DNA of 64,000 bases from Phoronis australis. Its lineage: Eukaryota; Animalia; Phoronida. The notes beneath the pieces were generated by a model, which made no database searches, had not been told where the DNA came from, and saw only the letters and a program-made list of their open reading frames with translations. Below are positions 25,401-39,300 of this stretch, one piece after another (position 1 is the first letter of the stretch; each line of letters starts with the position of its first letter). Where the stretch lies: the NCBI GenBank assembly GCA_002633005.1, contig NMRA01000002.1, forward strand, positions 1,519,023 through 1,583,022, written 5' to 3'. A program made the position numbers and the translations under genes.

Positions 25401-28400
25401 GGTGGAGAGAAATCTCTGTTTTCATATTATTAGACTGCTGTTTGGTAAACTAAACCTTGGAGTCTTAAGCTGTACGGTAGCACTTTCTGTGTTCCTTAAC
25501 AATAGTCTGAAAGAAAGTTTCGATTTATAATGTATAAAAATTTGTGTTTTTGCTTGTCAGGAATTCCTCCATGGTTTATTTCTTCTTTCCTTAAATTTTA
25601 GGGGTAAAACATTCACTAGTTTGGGACAGTGGAAATTAAATTAATTTATTGATGGTCAGAGTTTGTATCAAATTTTAGAAATAGACAATTTTGACCACCC
25701 CAAATCCATGAATTATGAGAAAGACTGGAAAATTACCCATTCCAAATTTTGTTGCGCTTGTGGCTGTTTTTAATGATTTTATTTGAGACTTTGCTGTTTC
25801 AAAACACAGTGGCTTATGTTAGAGAAATAAGATGAACATGGGAGCAGACATATCCCAATCTTCAGAATCAAGAAAATTCAATTCACCTTGAATTTCGGCA
25901 TCCCAAATGTTAGAGACTATCTGATCTCAGATTGGATTTTTACCATACCCTTTTCAGTACAGCAATTATAGTACGTGCGATGGTCCAACATTAAGATTAT
26001 CTCAAACCTTATTTAGTGGCCTCCATTCTAACTCGTCAGTGGCGGATTTAGGGGGGGGGGGCAAGGGGGCCATGACCCCCCCCTAAAATTCTCCCAGATA
26101 CCATGCACAATGCTTAGGCGTTGAACAAACCCTGTTTACCTTTTCTTTTTTATTAATAAGGTCCACAAATCCAAAAATTCAAGACCCATGCATCTCTACA
26201 TTTTAGGCTGGACGCACGCATGTGGCGAAATTCTGGTTATTCCTTTGCCCTGCCCTCCCAACTCAAAATCCTGGATTCGCCCCTGCTTGTAAACCATAAA
26301 ACTAAGCTTTGTCTACTAGTAAAAGAATATATTCTCTGAAAGAAAAAAGATCAAGAAATACAAAAATATGTTTTGTATTTATGTACCATTATTATTATTA
26401 TTACGTTAACACCTTTTTAAGTCGAAAATTTTAAATTATCATGATTATCTTAGCATTAGGTAGTTTTGTACCTTAGGTCATATTTAGAATTCCTTTTAAA
26501 CTACTAAATTTGTTCACAGTGTTTGTGTATTTTCACTCAGTACCCTATGTCATGTTGAATCGAATCAAATTTATTGCAGCTATCCATATATCTGTTTTCA
26601 GAGATGAAAGGTCCTGACTATGTACCTGCCAATATGTACTACGAGATCAAGGAGAGAGTAGAGATGGGTAAAATGACATCACTCTTCTTTAACAAACGTA
26701 AGTGAGTGGAGGATATAAAGGTCGTCCCACATACATAGGAATACTACTGCCATATCTTATCGGGAATTCTTTTCATGTGGGAATGTCCCAACGAGACTGA
26801 AGGCTGATTTTGTTGGAGATGCTATTTTATGATGACCAAGATTGGAACTAGTGAGGCCTAAAAATAGCCGGCTGATCACCATGCATCGGAATTTTCATCG
26901 TTTTTTGAGCAGTAAAACTGCTTTTTTGGCAACGATGTCGTTGATCAGTGTTTTAGGTAACCCAAATGAATGAGCCCAGTCAAATTTGGCGTTGTATACG
27001 CGAGTTTACTTAACCAGGAAACTGCACATCTACCGTGAACTGTGACCTCTACCACTGTAGTATACAGATTGGCTCTACTTTCCTGTGTTTTATGGCGTAT
27101 TTCATGTCTTATTGAATGCTGGCATGTACTCATACGTGGGATAAGAACAGCAAATATTTTGCTCATTTGCTGACAATTGAAAATAAGATTTCTGCCAGTA
27201 TCATGGACGCGTGTCTGTCAATAGTAAAGTGGTGGCTGATAATCTTTCATTTGGCGGTATGACTTTGGTGCATGAGCAACACTGACAAGTTACTCAGGGT
27301 CTGCTGGTACCTGTCCTGGTGAAACGCTACACCATACAGGCAGGCGGGAAACTTTAGTTGGTGTCACTGGAATCATGCAATTTCTATTTCTTGGTAGCCC
27401 CTCATGCAGCAGTGGATCATTTTAGAACAATTCCTAACAACGTTTTGGAGAACATTGCATACAGCATAGTTTCTGAAATATGATGTCTTGAAGTTAACTA
27501 AATTTGGAATTTTTCTAGGGTCTTATCTTCAATAGAATGCATTATAGATATTGCTGTTGTGTAGTTGCTTCATTCAGGTGAACCACTGCAGTTTCATTTT
27601 ACATGTCTTGTCAATTTCAGTTGGAGTTTACCTGTTCTACCTGTGTATTGTCATTTACCTTTACGGAGACCTGGCCATTTATGCTGTCACCATTCCTAAG
27701 TCTCTGCGGGACGTTGTATGGTATGGATTGATGAATATCGAAAATAGTAATCAAACTTGTCCGTATGTTGTAAGAGGAGGCAGTGTGGCTTAGTGAGATA
27801 GGTGTCTGCTCCCTTTACTCAGTGGGTTTGAGTCCCACTGGGGCACACTGACAGACCCTTGAGTCAGATCTCTAGCTCCTCAGCTCGGTTTTAACTATAT
27901 ATTGAATAAAGCATAGAGATAGTTCTAGGTGATCAGTGCAATGGGCCCACATGAGCTGCCTGCATGTGCACGTCTGGTACAATGTGTACTAGACTGCCTG
28001 CAATTATTTTTTTATTTAATGAATGGCGGTTTAGTGTTTCACACGCATCCTCTTCTGTTACTGTTGTTTTAAGACATTATTGTAAATCAAAATGTCTTGT
28101 ACAGTGGCTAAATAATCATTTTATGACACAATCTACATTGTCTAGTTTTTATTCTTATTCCATCTTTTAAGAGATTTCTGTTGATTGCTTCTACCTGACA
28201 AGTTGCAATTGATGCAACCACCTCCAAACTGTCCAATGTTGAGGTTCAGTTGTCTCAAATTCTGATTTGTGATCCTAGTTTGAGTGTCAAGAGGTGGGTT
28301 GATGTTGTCTGGGGCCTACGGAGTAAGTATTTCGACCAAAACCCTCAGGATTCGTCTGAAATTTGAATACTCGTACCTGGCGAATATCTGCCTCAACATA

Positions 28401-31400
28401 ATAAATATCATAAAACAAGACTTGTGCATCTTACATTAAAAGTTTCATAACAATCCATCGACTAGTAGCTTGTTTTAGAACACTTGTACTGTTTGCACAC
28501 GATGCTCTTTGTGTTCTCAAAATTTATTTGGTATTGGGAAAAGCAATTCTAACTGGGTAATGATGACCGAAATTCGTAAATGTCAGCTATGAGTGTATTG
28601 GGTCACTTGCAGGAGTTGTGCATTTTGAAAACCTATCATTCGGGATCATTGTACGGTAAAAATTCCCAAATTTAATACAGTCTCTCGAATTTCGGACACC
28701 TAAATCCGACCCCAAACTGAATTATTTTGATTCTGAAATTTGGGACACTGTCGATTTTGCCGTCTTACATTTCTCGAATTTCGGACGGCCAATATCGCCT
28801 ATTTCTAAAATTTCGGACAGGTTCAAAATAATCGTTTTTACCATAAGTGACTATTGCTGTTCACTGTGTATTATGCTAACAACTGCTTCAAATTGATTTG
28901 AATCATTCTTACTATCACACTAGGTGTTGAATGAATGAAGAAGACCCATTAAGCGGACCTAGCTGTTAGATGTGTTGTATTTTTTCTATTACAGCACATT
29001 TGGTAATAACTACACATTAATGAACGAAACAATCTCCGACGATGATAAGTGCTGGGAGGGGAAGTCCATCAAAAGACTAGATATTTATAGAATATTTGTG
29101 GTAAGTTGAACTAAGACGTCGGTGTCTGAAGTATTGGTTTGTTACTCGACTGCATGTCTTTATCTTGTGATATTGACTACTTTAGTATTGAAAGTGATGT
29201 ATAGAAGTGCAATAGCTGCATTTTGAATTCAGCTCCCCTCTTTTATGGATGAGGAAAAACAATGATTGACCTATCCGCTGTTTTGTGCCGAGTCGGACAA
29301 GAAAAGGATGACTCTCATGAAATTCTTCCCGTTTTAGGAGCATCTTTTACTTTACAAATAACACTTCTTTAGTTTCAACTCTAGATGATAGCAGTTTTGA
29401 AATCCAAGTATCAGTCTAGTCCTTTACATCATGGCTTGCTAATGCCAATTGTCTGTTATGATGAATACATTGAAGGTGGGTGAAGTACAAGGTGCTGCAA
29501 AAGTGGCCGAGTTTCTATAAAATTTGTACTAGAAGGGTTGGCGTCATCAATTCTTATTAAAAACATTGATCTTACTTCCTTGTGTGTGAAGCAGGGAAAT
29601 TATTACATTAGCAGTGAGTTGACTGTGGTAAAACACTGGCTGAAATAAAAACCCGAGTGTTGTTTGAGATTTTACACAATACTATGTTTCTGGATTTACT
29701 CTTTGCTCATGTATTGCCGCTATTTGATTCAACTGGCGTACCTTTACAGAGAAGCAGTATTCTGTTTTATCCACACAAAACACATTTTTAGATATTCAGT
29801 ATGGAACTGAACTGTTCCCGTTATTTAGTGGTAGTAACCTCGAAAGATTTCACGGCAAAGTACACCAATAGTATTTATTTTGATTAGAAATCAACCCTAC
29901 ACTGGATGATGGTTATTATTATTCATCCATGTGAATATTTAAATAGATGCAAAAAATATGAGTCATGGCTACTGGTCAGGATTTAATACAAATTTCCCGA
30001 TGTTGCAGAGCTGCCCACCAGAAGGAGCCAGGCAGCATTGCAATGTCAGGAAATTTGTTATATAGCAAGTCCAGTAGCCATGGTGATTTATAATTGTTTT
30101 TGCACCTTATAACATCAAACAAGGTGGAGAAATGAACATACTCTTATTTAGTATATTGCATTTGTTTAAAAGGACACTAAACCCTGTCTTTATGATTTAA
30201 ACCAGTCGTCATTTTGTCACCTGCTGATGCAGCCATTGGCGTCAATTTTAAAAGATGAAGTCAGGAATTAGCTGAAGACTCACACTCCCAATGTCACACA
30301 TTAGATTTGGTTTTTAGTGGGTGATCTTTCTTCACAGTTGCTGTGCAATTCACTAAAAGCATTGGTGATGCTTGTCCATTTAACAGACTTTAAAACGAGT
30401 TTTCAAAATTTCCTTCAAACCCTTGGGGGTTGGCGAGGGTTAAAGAGCATTATTTTGTTTCAGAGAACTGGATGGGAATGTCGTTTTTAATATCTGCTAA
30501 TAGGCTAAAACTGTGTTTGGTATCCTCTTAAGCAAGTGGTGTAGACTAACAGTGGACAGCAATAAGACAGTATGAAACACCAGCATACCAGACATTGCAT
30601 GTTCACCAATTCAGTGGAAGTTGCTGTGAGAGATTATATGTCATTGAATTCATCCGGATTAAAGTAGCAATTTGCACTGAATGCCTTTGCTCGGTACATC
30701 TAGCATATATTTACAGAAAAGTAGTATTGGAGGAATTAAATTAATTGGTTGGTGGTAATTCGTGAATATCCGCACAAAGTCCAAACACATTGGCTCTTTG
30801 AACACACAGATGGTTATTATGCAAGCGGTGGGAAGTATAAGAAAAACTACCTACAAAGTTAAATATCAAATACCTGCATGCAGGTGTTAAAATGTTACAA
30901 ATGTGTAGTGGAAGTAACTTTGAGAGATTTCATACAAAGTGTACATCAATTCCATTTGTTTTGATTAGATTTTAGTTAGTTTATTCACTAACGATAGCCA
31001 TTGTACAATATGATTGTTATGATCAGGGCCCAGCCATGATATTAAGTGCCTTCTGATGGTTATGATTACGTAAAATGATGCGTACACAGGTTTAAACAAC
31101 GAAGCCCGCATATTGAGTCAGTTAGTGTTAAAGCCTCATAGTTAACACCAGAACCACTCTGTGGATGCTCATTGATTGAATTTGAAAGGGAATTGAATTA
31201 AATAACAGAATGGAGGGTTGCATTGTGTCCTTGGTGTTTTGAAGTTTGCCAATGAGCTTAATGCAAAAAAGTTGTTCGCATTCAAGCAGACTATTTCCAA
31301 CACAAAAACGAGTCAATTTACATTTAATTCCACAAAATGCCATTTCTTGTGATTTAAAAATCCCAGGAATAAAGTAGAATAATGTTTACTTTCATCTCTT

Positions 31401-33153
31401 TTGACCAAACATCAAACAATGTTATTCGTGGAACCATTGTTCGCTCAGATGAATCATTCTAAACTGAAACAGTACCTGTCAATAGGAGATGATGGACTAC
31501 TTAATAATATATTACATGTATGCATTACCATATGTTTACGGTATGCATTTCATTCTCTATCGTCTCTGCACGACCACAAGTGGCACTTTAGTATGAATAA
31601 GCAAATCTGTGTCTCACATCCTTCACTTGCCAGTTTTCATTCTCTTGCGCCCAGACTCGCATCAGCTTTTGAGTTGTTATTTGGATTATGTCACAGCAAA
31701 CGTCTATCAAGTTTCCATGGTGCCATCTTTGGGAAGATAGATGAAAACTAACAGGTTGTAGTACAGACTTCAAGGCAGAGAGTAAGAGCTTTTGTGTGGC
31801 TAATATGCTTCCAAGAGCTGTAATTTGGTCACGGAGAATATCTAATTTTATTGTTATGGTGAACAAACAGAATGTTGTTATTACAAACCTGTTCCATTTT
31901 TGGTTATTTTAGGCCGTGTTCTTGTGTCTCCTTGGTCCATTTACATTCTTCAACGTTCAGAAGACCAAGATGTTGCAGATATCTACAACAATACTGCGTT
32001 GGCTTGGTAGGTGTTTTATGCATTTTCATTAATTTCTAAATAGTGTATAAACAGATAAAAACACTCTAAAATACAGTCGCACCCATTAAGAGTCGAAAAC
32101 TTGTATTTTTATTACACATTTTTTCAGGATTTTAAAGTGTTTTTACCTTAAAGTTAGTTTCTACGTTGTCTGTTATTTCATCTGGTCTCAATATATGTCA
32201 TTCTGACTTCTAAATAATGGATATGCATTTAAAACCTTGCATTTCATTATATTATATTAATCAGTTTTATGGTATTTATGTCTGCTGTAATGGTCTCCGT
32301 CAATTGCTTGTTCCTAAAAGTATCTTTAGCTCACTTTATTTTGAATAACAAAGTTCATGCTGTCACAGACTTACTAACTTTTTTATGCATTGCAGCCTTT
32401 GGTCTGATGATTGTGCTGGCCACCATCCAGCTTACGCACGGAGTGACCTCTGGTGTCCATCCTGCAGTGGCCAACTTTAGTGGTATTCCTAACTTATTTG
32501 GTGTCTGTGTCTATTCCTTCATGTGCCATCACTCACTGCCATCCCTCGTCACTCCAATAGCTAACAAGTCAAAGATCTACACTCTTTTTGCCATCGATTA
32601 CTTGCTCATTCTCGGATTCTATGCTTTGTTGTCTTTCACTGGGATATTCGCCTTCAGCGATTTACGAGATCTCTACACCTTGAATTTTGAGGCTTCCGCC
32701 ACTCAGGGCCTTTTTCGCCAGATTCTTGGAGATTTCTTAGCATTATTTCCAGTATTTACGCTCAGTGCAAATTTACCAATCATATCAATAACTTTAAGAA
32801 ATAACCTGAAGACTTTGTTTTATCGTGAAAAGGCACCGTTTGGTTTTTTTGTGGACAAAATCATCTTTCCATTGGTAACCATTTTACCGCCATTTATTCT
32901 GGCTTTGATAACTAATGATGTCACATTTTTAGTTGGCATCACAGGCTCTTACGCGGGTGCTGCCATTCAGTACATTATTCCAGCTTGTCTCGTGTTTTTT
33001 TCTCGCCGTTTGACATCCGAAACTGTAGGCAACAGTATAGCGAATGCGCACACATCACCTTTCAGACACAAAGCCTGGGTTTTCCTCGTTTTACTGTGGG
33101 CACTCGTGTGCATTGTGTTTGTAACTGTTAATCACATCATCACGGGGCGTTGA
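16456..33153 (+). CDS. TMEM104: Transmembrane protein 104 (amino-acid transporter-like), 9 exons, 497 aa
   Basis: Exons 16456-16509, 18325-18446, 19011-19095, 21234-21312, 26602-26697, 27621-27720, 28995-29100, 31913-32006, 32396-33153. All GT-AG and phase-compatible, 1494 nt in total. Motifs GSLYSPLVGLIYVFNLIVGTGALTMPKAFAEAGW, ERVEMGKMTSLFFNK, YLYGDLAIYA, GPFTFFNVQKTK and LFGVCVYSFMCHHSLPSL match TMEM104. Confidence 0.96.
16652..17056. mobile_element. MITE with ~55-60-bp TIRs and TA flanks in TMEM104 intron 1; same family as 48904-50959
   Basis: TA-ctgctgaactgggaatccttcttaatctcaagatcacgtacgcgtgaac ... gttcacgcatgcgggatcttgag...attaaactaggattccaagttcgcccacagcag-TA. Confidence 0.75.
17100..17645. 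mobile_element. Degenerate MITE of the 10202-12004 family
   Basis: 17475-17625 resembles 11780-11935 (gtgactttgatggtttaatcagtgtgaggcataattcgccgaaaa). Weaker inverted arm at 17110-17195. Confidence 0.65.
17826..18097 (+). mobile_element. Penelope-like fragment with inverted pseudo-LTR arms and a mutated minimal hammerhead ribozyme core
   Basis: Inverted arms 17826-17894 and 18031-18097. The right arm and its 5' flank read acc-CTGACAA-a-GGGCCC-aggac-GGGCTC-GAAA-GCTT-ggt. Confidence 0.5.
19098..19710. repeat. Minisatellite, 62-bp unit, ~10 copies, starting just after the TMEM104 exon 3 donor
   Basis: Unit tttgtctgggagacagaacaactgttacacaaaccagtgttcatagggggaattatggtata at 19107, 19169 ... 19664. 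Confidence 0.97.
24505..24548. repeat. Imperfect (CAT/CGT)n microsatellite
   Basis: tcatcatcatcgtcaccatcatcgtcatcatcatcatcgtcatca. Confidence 0.85.
26037..26285. mobile_element. hAT-like MITE
   Basis: Termini CAGTGGCGGATTTAGG / CCTGGATTCGCCCCTG with an internal GGGGGCCATGACCCCC palindrome. TSD not clean. Confidence 0.7.
27775..27900 (+). mobile_element. tRNA-derived SINE head (degenerate)
   Basis: A-box-like TGGCTTAGTG, B-box-like GGTTTGAGTCC, followed by a cccttgagtcag...ctagctcc SINE-core-like segment. Confidence 0.55.
28652..28844. mobile_element. Mariner/pogo-like MITE with internal AATTTCGGAC repeats
   Basis: Ends TAcggtaaaaa / tttttaccaTA, with four internal aattt(c/g)ggac motifs. 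Confidence 0.6.
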
Positions 33154-35172
33154 GGGTTCCTATGTCAGGACGTTCTCCTACTTATTTTTGTAAAACTTCT
33201 TAAATTCAAATTCTGAAATAGTTTGATTTCTTCTAACAAATATGTGGTCGAGTGTGCTCTTGTACTTGTTAAAACATTAAAACTTACCATAGAAATGGTT
33301 CCATGTGGAAAAATATTCTTGCTTCAGCTCATAAAGGGATGGGAATCTCTTAATATGTATTGGGCAAGTTTAATACTGGATGTTTTACAGAAAATAAAAG
33401 ACATTTGGGTTTCTTGGCAACGTTACATTAGTACCAAATAAAGTTTTGAAAAGTTGAGAACCGATACACATTGATACTACTTTAAAACCATTTGGGTGAG
33501 CGCACAAATGACAGTAGGCAGCACTATTAGTGGGAAACTGCTGTATGGTTTTGTATTGTTTACTCGTTCTTGTTAAAGATTGGGAGTGATTATTGTCCTT
33601 GAATATTTTGATTTGTTATGTTTGGGAGATGTAACTAGTTTCTACTGTGTATTGAATTGTTTTCCTGACATCTCGGAATGCAATTCTGTTATGGGCTTGA
33701 CAAGTATGGAACTAACGAAGGTGTGTCTACTTCATACGTAAATACATGTTTGCGTATTGGAAAATGAGGGCCAGTGCAGACGAGATGCTATGTGCTTCAA
33801 ATGCTAATGAACTTGGCTCATAGCTCACTTCTGCAGCAAAATGATCCTCGTGAGTACATTGCCTTGCGAGGCGATGAGGTGAATGTCTCACTTGTTTGTT
33901 TCTTTTACCTGGCAAGCATAAATTCTCACAGCAAGCAGGTGGGGTGAGCGATGTCACTTAGAGTGCTTAGCCGGTTACAGTCTGTAGCCAATCAGAATCG
34001 ATTATTGCATCACCTGACAAGTATCTCGCTTGCTCATTGTAGCTGTGTGCTACATTTATGGTGATTGGTTCTACAATCCTAGTTTACGAGTCTGTGAGCA
34101 TTCTGCCTCGCTGTGTGTAGGTAACCTGCATAGATCTTTGAGCTATTGTTCTCTTGAGGCATACAGCTGAACTCATAGCTTTCTGTGTGCGATTGCTTTA
34201 AGATAAAGGTAGTAAGCGGCTGTATCGGGATCCCCACCTGTTACATTCCGTTTTTATCTTATGTTGGCAATTTTACCTTTTTATTGATATCTGCTTTCAT
34301 TTCTGTCAAATACATCGTAATGGTCAAGCATAGGGTACATCATCTATTCAATTTTCTTATCTCAGATTATGAATACTGGCATTAGTGCCTTATCAGGAGT
34401 CAAATGCGTACATATCAAAATATCCAGCCACTCATCTGGCAGATTGTGCTGTGTATGTTATATTTCCGTGTAAGCCCATGAACAGCCCAATTTCTACCAA
34501 CAAACGTTCACTTATCACACTGTGCCGATTCTTCACCTACTTTATAGCACACCATATGGCGATAAAATTTTATTTTTATCAAAAGAAATTTCTCAAAATC
34601 AAAATTAAGAAAATTGTAATTAGCTAGGATTGAACAATTAAGATGTCATAAAACATTTGGTAAAGTTATTAACTTGCAGTAAGGTAATCGGCTATTGACC
34701 AACAGAAAAATGATTATTTTGACAATTATTTTTTGCATAAATAAGTGATGAACTACCATGGTATTCAAATCATGTAAACTATTTGTATTGGTCTGGAAGC
34801 GAGGGGAAAACATATAATCAAGTGTGTGAGATATTCATTGTTTAATTTTGTAAATAAGTGCTATAGGTCATTGTGATTTCTAACCAGATTATTGGGATAT
34901 ACAATTGGTAGAATCCTACCGATATTGGACAGGAATAATTGCCTTTTTTGATTTGCGCTCCTTGTATGAAACGGTGGAAAATAGTCTCACTTGTCTGGCA
35001 TAGTGTCCTAAATTGGTGACATTTCACAATAGGAGTAAAACTGGAAAACGTGGGATTTGAGTATTTTAACAGGTGTTTCACCTACATGCATTTTACTGAT
35101 ATTATCTCTTCTGTTTACACATTGTATTTAATATTAATTTGTATCAACTGTTTTATTTCAAGCACTTGTAGA

Positions 35173-35391
35173 TACAGTAAAATCTCACCAATTTTGGACA
35201 AAGCAATTGGCAAAATTGCACTTTTTTCATTTTTCTTATAGGCTTATAAAATATTGTCTGGGAGTAGCTGTGATGCAGAGTGTGATCATGGAAAGACATA
35301 GATTTGGTGCTACTTATTTTTGCGAAAAATTGAGGAAGTAAAATTTCGCTTGGCCAACATATTTTGTCCTAAGTTGGTGAGATTTTACCAT
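35173..35391. mobile_element. Mariner/pogo-like MITE in the TMEM104-NUP85 tail-to-tail region
   Basis: TIRs TAcagtaaaatctcaccaattttggacaaa / ttttgtcctaagttggtgagattttaccaTA. Related single ends near 1211, 20775 and 35003. Confidence 0.75.
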
Positions 35392-36364
35392 AAACCTCAA
35401 AAAAGTTTGGAAATGAATGTTCTGTGTTATTTTGTATCTAATTATTTGTTTTGCACATTTTTGGAAAAAATAATGTTGTTAACTGCATTTTATTGAAATA
35501 TCAAAGTTGCAAAGATGGACACTTCCGCATTTTATACTCTTATCTGAAACAAATTCGACAAAAAGTATAATTTGAAATTTACTGATTGTAAATATTTTTA
35601 CAGAGTAACAAATACTTTTTCCAGTGGTGTGCAATACTGTACAACTCAATGACAAATAACAAAAAACCGAACAAAAAAATTTTCAACTTTTCGAGATTTT
35701 AAATAATTGAATATATTGTACATGATTGTCTGTTTTAAGTAGTGCAACGCTATGGTTAATGGGAAATTTAAATATTTAAATTTGTGAACATTTAACATTG
35801 TGTAGCTGTTATATCAGGGATGTCATTGTAATGTTATCACTTGATGGATGGTAAACTGTGATAAGACTAGACTGTCAGTCGTTGATGGACGCACATACTG
35901 GGACCATGTCTACATATTGCATTCCTTACCGATAATAAAATGAATAAAGTTTCAGAAAGATTTTACAAGGACTTGTATTTAAGGTCTTTTTACAATTATT
36001 TACAACTAACAATGATGATGCTTGTCAAAAAACGGTCTACCTGCACAAACGCATGATTTAAGGCAATCCATGATCCTATTATCCATGCACTAATGCCACT
36101 CTACAGGTTAATGGCATTCTACTCATGCCAGTCAGGAATTGGAGGATCCAATCTTCATTCAAAGCACCACATATTATATCGAACCTAATTGCTAATAGAT
36201 GACAGATACACAATCACTATAACGCTTTGTACAAAAAATACCAATAGGCAAAATATACCGAGCTATTAAACAACAGTTCTGTAATATCTTTCTGTACATT
36301 ACAATGACTTGTGTACGCCAGACAATTCAGCTCCACACTTTGCAGAATGGAACGGCCTAAGTTG

Positions 36365-39300
36365 TCATAGCACTGTGGTACCTTCGTTTACAATGGAACG
36401 TGCCAAGTTACGAGCTAAAGCCAATCGCATCAGTTCCAGCTTGTCTCTGTCAGCTTCTAACTTGATCTGAAATAACGAACAAAAACAGAGTTCATAACCA
36501 GCTCACATTCCCCAATTTCATTTCAGGTTAAAATTTACTAAAAGTGATTTTGAATTTCATTTACTGGTAAGTGTAACCACACCAAACGATGTGTTGTTTA
36601 ATGTTTAGGTATAATGACGTATAGCTTTGGAATATCCCGTTTCACACAATTTACTGACGAAAAACTGCACTGCCGTGATTGGTCGGTAAGGTTGGACCGT
36701 TGAATTACGAGATAGAATTCACCGTCTCCATTGCATGGATGAAGCTTGCTCATCGTAAGAGTTTCACCACTGATTTACGTCAATGCAACAAAGGCCTGAA
36801 GTCTAAGCAGACGAATAGTAAAATCAACATCAATGAGAAGCAATAAGCAGTCTTACTATAACTTGAATTATTTGTTTGCGTAAATGCATAACCAAGGCAA
36901 AACGACATTCAATTCTGAAGTATACACAGGGTAACCCCTACAAAAGAATCCACAGAATTTGTATTCAACAACATTTTAATTCTTTTGAAAAGAACAAAAC
37001 ATTCAATCCACACTGATTTGTATGATTAAAACGTTTTGGAAAGGATGCGTACATTGAAGATTTAAGTCTACCAAATCTGAAAAAAATAAATGATTGCAGG
37101 TTTATAAAAATTTTGTATGTTCATTTTTTCAGTCACCCCGTAATGACGGAAGTTTTTAGGGAAATGATCAAATTCATCTTAAACTTTACCAATTAAGTTA
37201 TGGCAAAAACCTTGAATGGAAACACCAGATCGTATGATGTAAAATTCTTGCTTGGCTAATTCTCAACTTGAAGAAATTTTTTATAACTACTGTACACATC
37301 CAAGATAACAGCCATACTAAACGTGTGCTCTGAGTTGTGTATGACTGATACGGCACTAACCTTTGTATGGTAAGAAATTTGAATGAAACTAAAGTATCAG
37401 GTATTGTACATACAAATGCATTTCCAGTCAACAGATAGCAATTTACATATAAATCCCACAAATCTCTAACCATATAAGGTCTGCTGATCAGGTACAGACC
37501 CCCACCCCCAATACCTTGGCCTTAGGGTCTTCTTCATCAATGGCTCGGGGTCTCAGTTTCTCAGACAGACTCAGCTCCTCTAGGCAATGCATCAATTCAT
37601 ATGTCTGCTGGCTTGTAAAGATTATCTACAAAGAAGAGGACATGATTATACCAAACAATAATGAGTTATTTTCTCATAAAAATGAGACAAAAAATAAACT
37701 ACTGTAACCAAAACTAAATGATCATTTGATTCGCCATGTAGTAAAAGGGTTTCTGTTAACAAGATGCAATTTTCAAAGGGTTTTTAATAGTTTTAAAATT
37801 TTAATGAGTTTCCAAGCATAGAAACTGGTGATTTCATGTTTCCACGACGAAGGGAACGACACAACATTTAGAGCACACACAGATTAAATTTTGCTGAAAA
37901 AACCTATTCGATATTTCACAATTACCACTTATGAGTGCATCAGGCAAATGCATCTACATCCAAAGTAATGCGTCTGCTCAAAGAAAGATTGCGTAATGGC
38001 AAACGCCCTCAAACTTCCATCACAGGCTTAGATGGAGCCCAAGGTATAAGACATGTGTTTCATGGAGATGGTATTATTCAATATTTACTGTTAAATTGAC
38101 TACGGGTCTACAGCTAAGCAGGTCATCAACAAAGGAAAGTCAAATTTCACTCAAATATTGAAGAAATTTGCTTCCCGGTCTCACTATATTGTGTAACCCA
38201 AATCCAGGCATAGGTTTCACACATTCAGTAAATTGTGTGTATAGTAATTCCACACTTAATAGTCAAAACTGTCATTTTGCATTTTTGAAATCATAGCAAC
38301 TATGTCAAATGTTATTTCATAACATCTACACAGCACAAACCATACTAGTAGTAGAAGCTTTTTCTTAATCTTTATTTCTGTGGAGAAATTTTCTCAAAAT
38401 AAAACAGGCAATTGGCCTCGATGTGTACAGATTTAGGTGCAGATTCACACATGAAACTCAACAGGAGCACATACAATACACGTAGTACTTCATGAAGCTT
38501 AATACAAGGACATGCAATACATGTATTACCTCATGAAGCTCAATAGGTGCACATACAATACATGTATTACGTCATGAAGCTCAATAAAAGGACATACAAT
38601 ACATGTATTACCTCACGAAGCTCAATACAAGGACATACAATACGTGTATTACCTCATGAAGCTCAATACGTGCACATACAATACGTGACTGTATTACGTC
38701 ATGAAGCTCAATACGTGCACATACAATACATGTATTACCTCATGAAGCTCAATACAAGGACATACAATACGTGTATTATCTCATGAAGCTCAATACGTGC
38801 ACATACAATACATGTATTACTTCATGAAGCTCAATACAAGGACATACAATACGTGTATTACCTCATGAAGCTCAATACGTGCACATACAATACATGTGTT
38901 ACCTCATGAAGCTCAATACAAGGACATACAATACATGTGTTACGTCATGAAGCTCAATACGTGCACATACAATACATGTATTATCTCATGAAGCTCAATA
39001 CAAGGACATACAATACATGTATTACGTCATGAAGCTCAATACGTGCACATACAATACATGTGTTACCTCATGAAGCTCAATACAAGGACATACAATACAT
39101 GTGTTACGTCTTGAAGCTCAATACGTGCACATACAATACATGTATTACCTCATGAAGCTCAATACGTGCACATACAATACATGTATTACGTCATGAAGCT
39201 CAATATGTGCACATACAATACATGTATTACCTCATGAAGCTCAATACGTGCACATACAATACATGTATTACGTCATGAAGTTCAATACGTGCACATACAA

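Noticed and set aside
32269-32395. N-terminal 42 aa of the 294-aa ORF
   Set aside because: Intronic read-through. The true exon starts at the acceptor at 32396, in phase with the previous exon.
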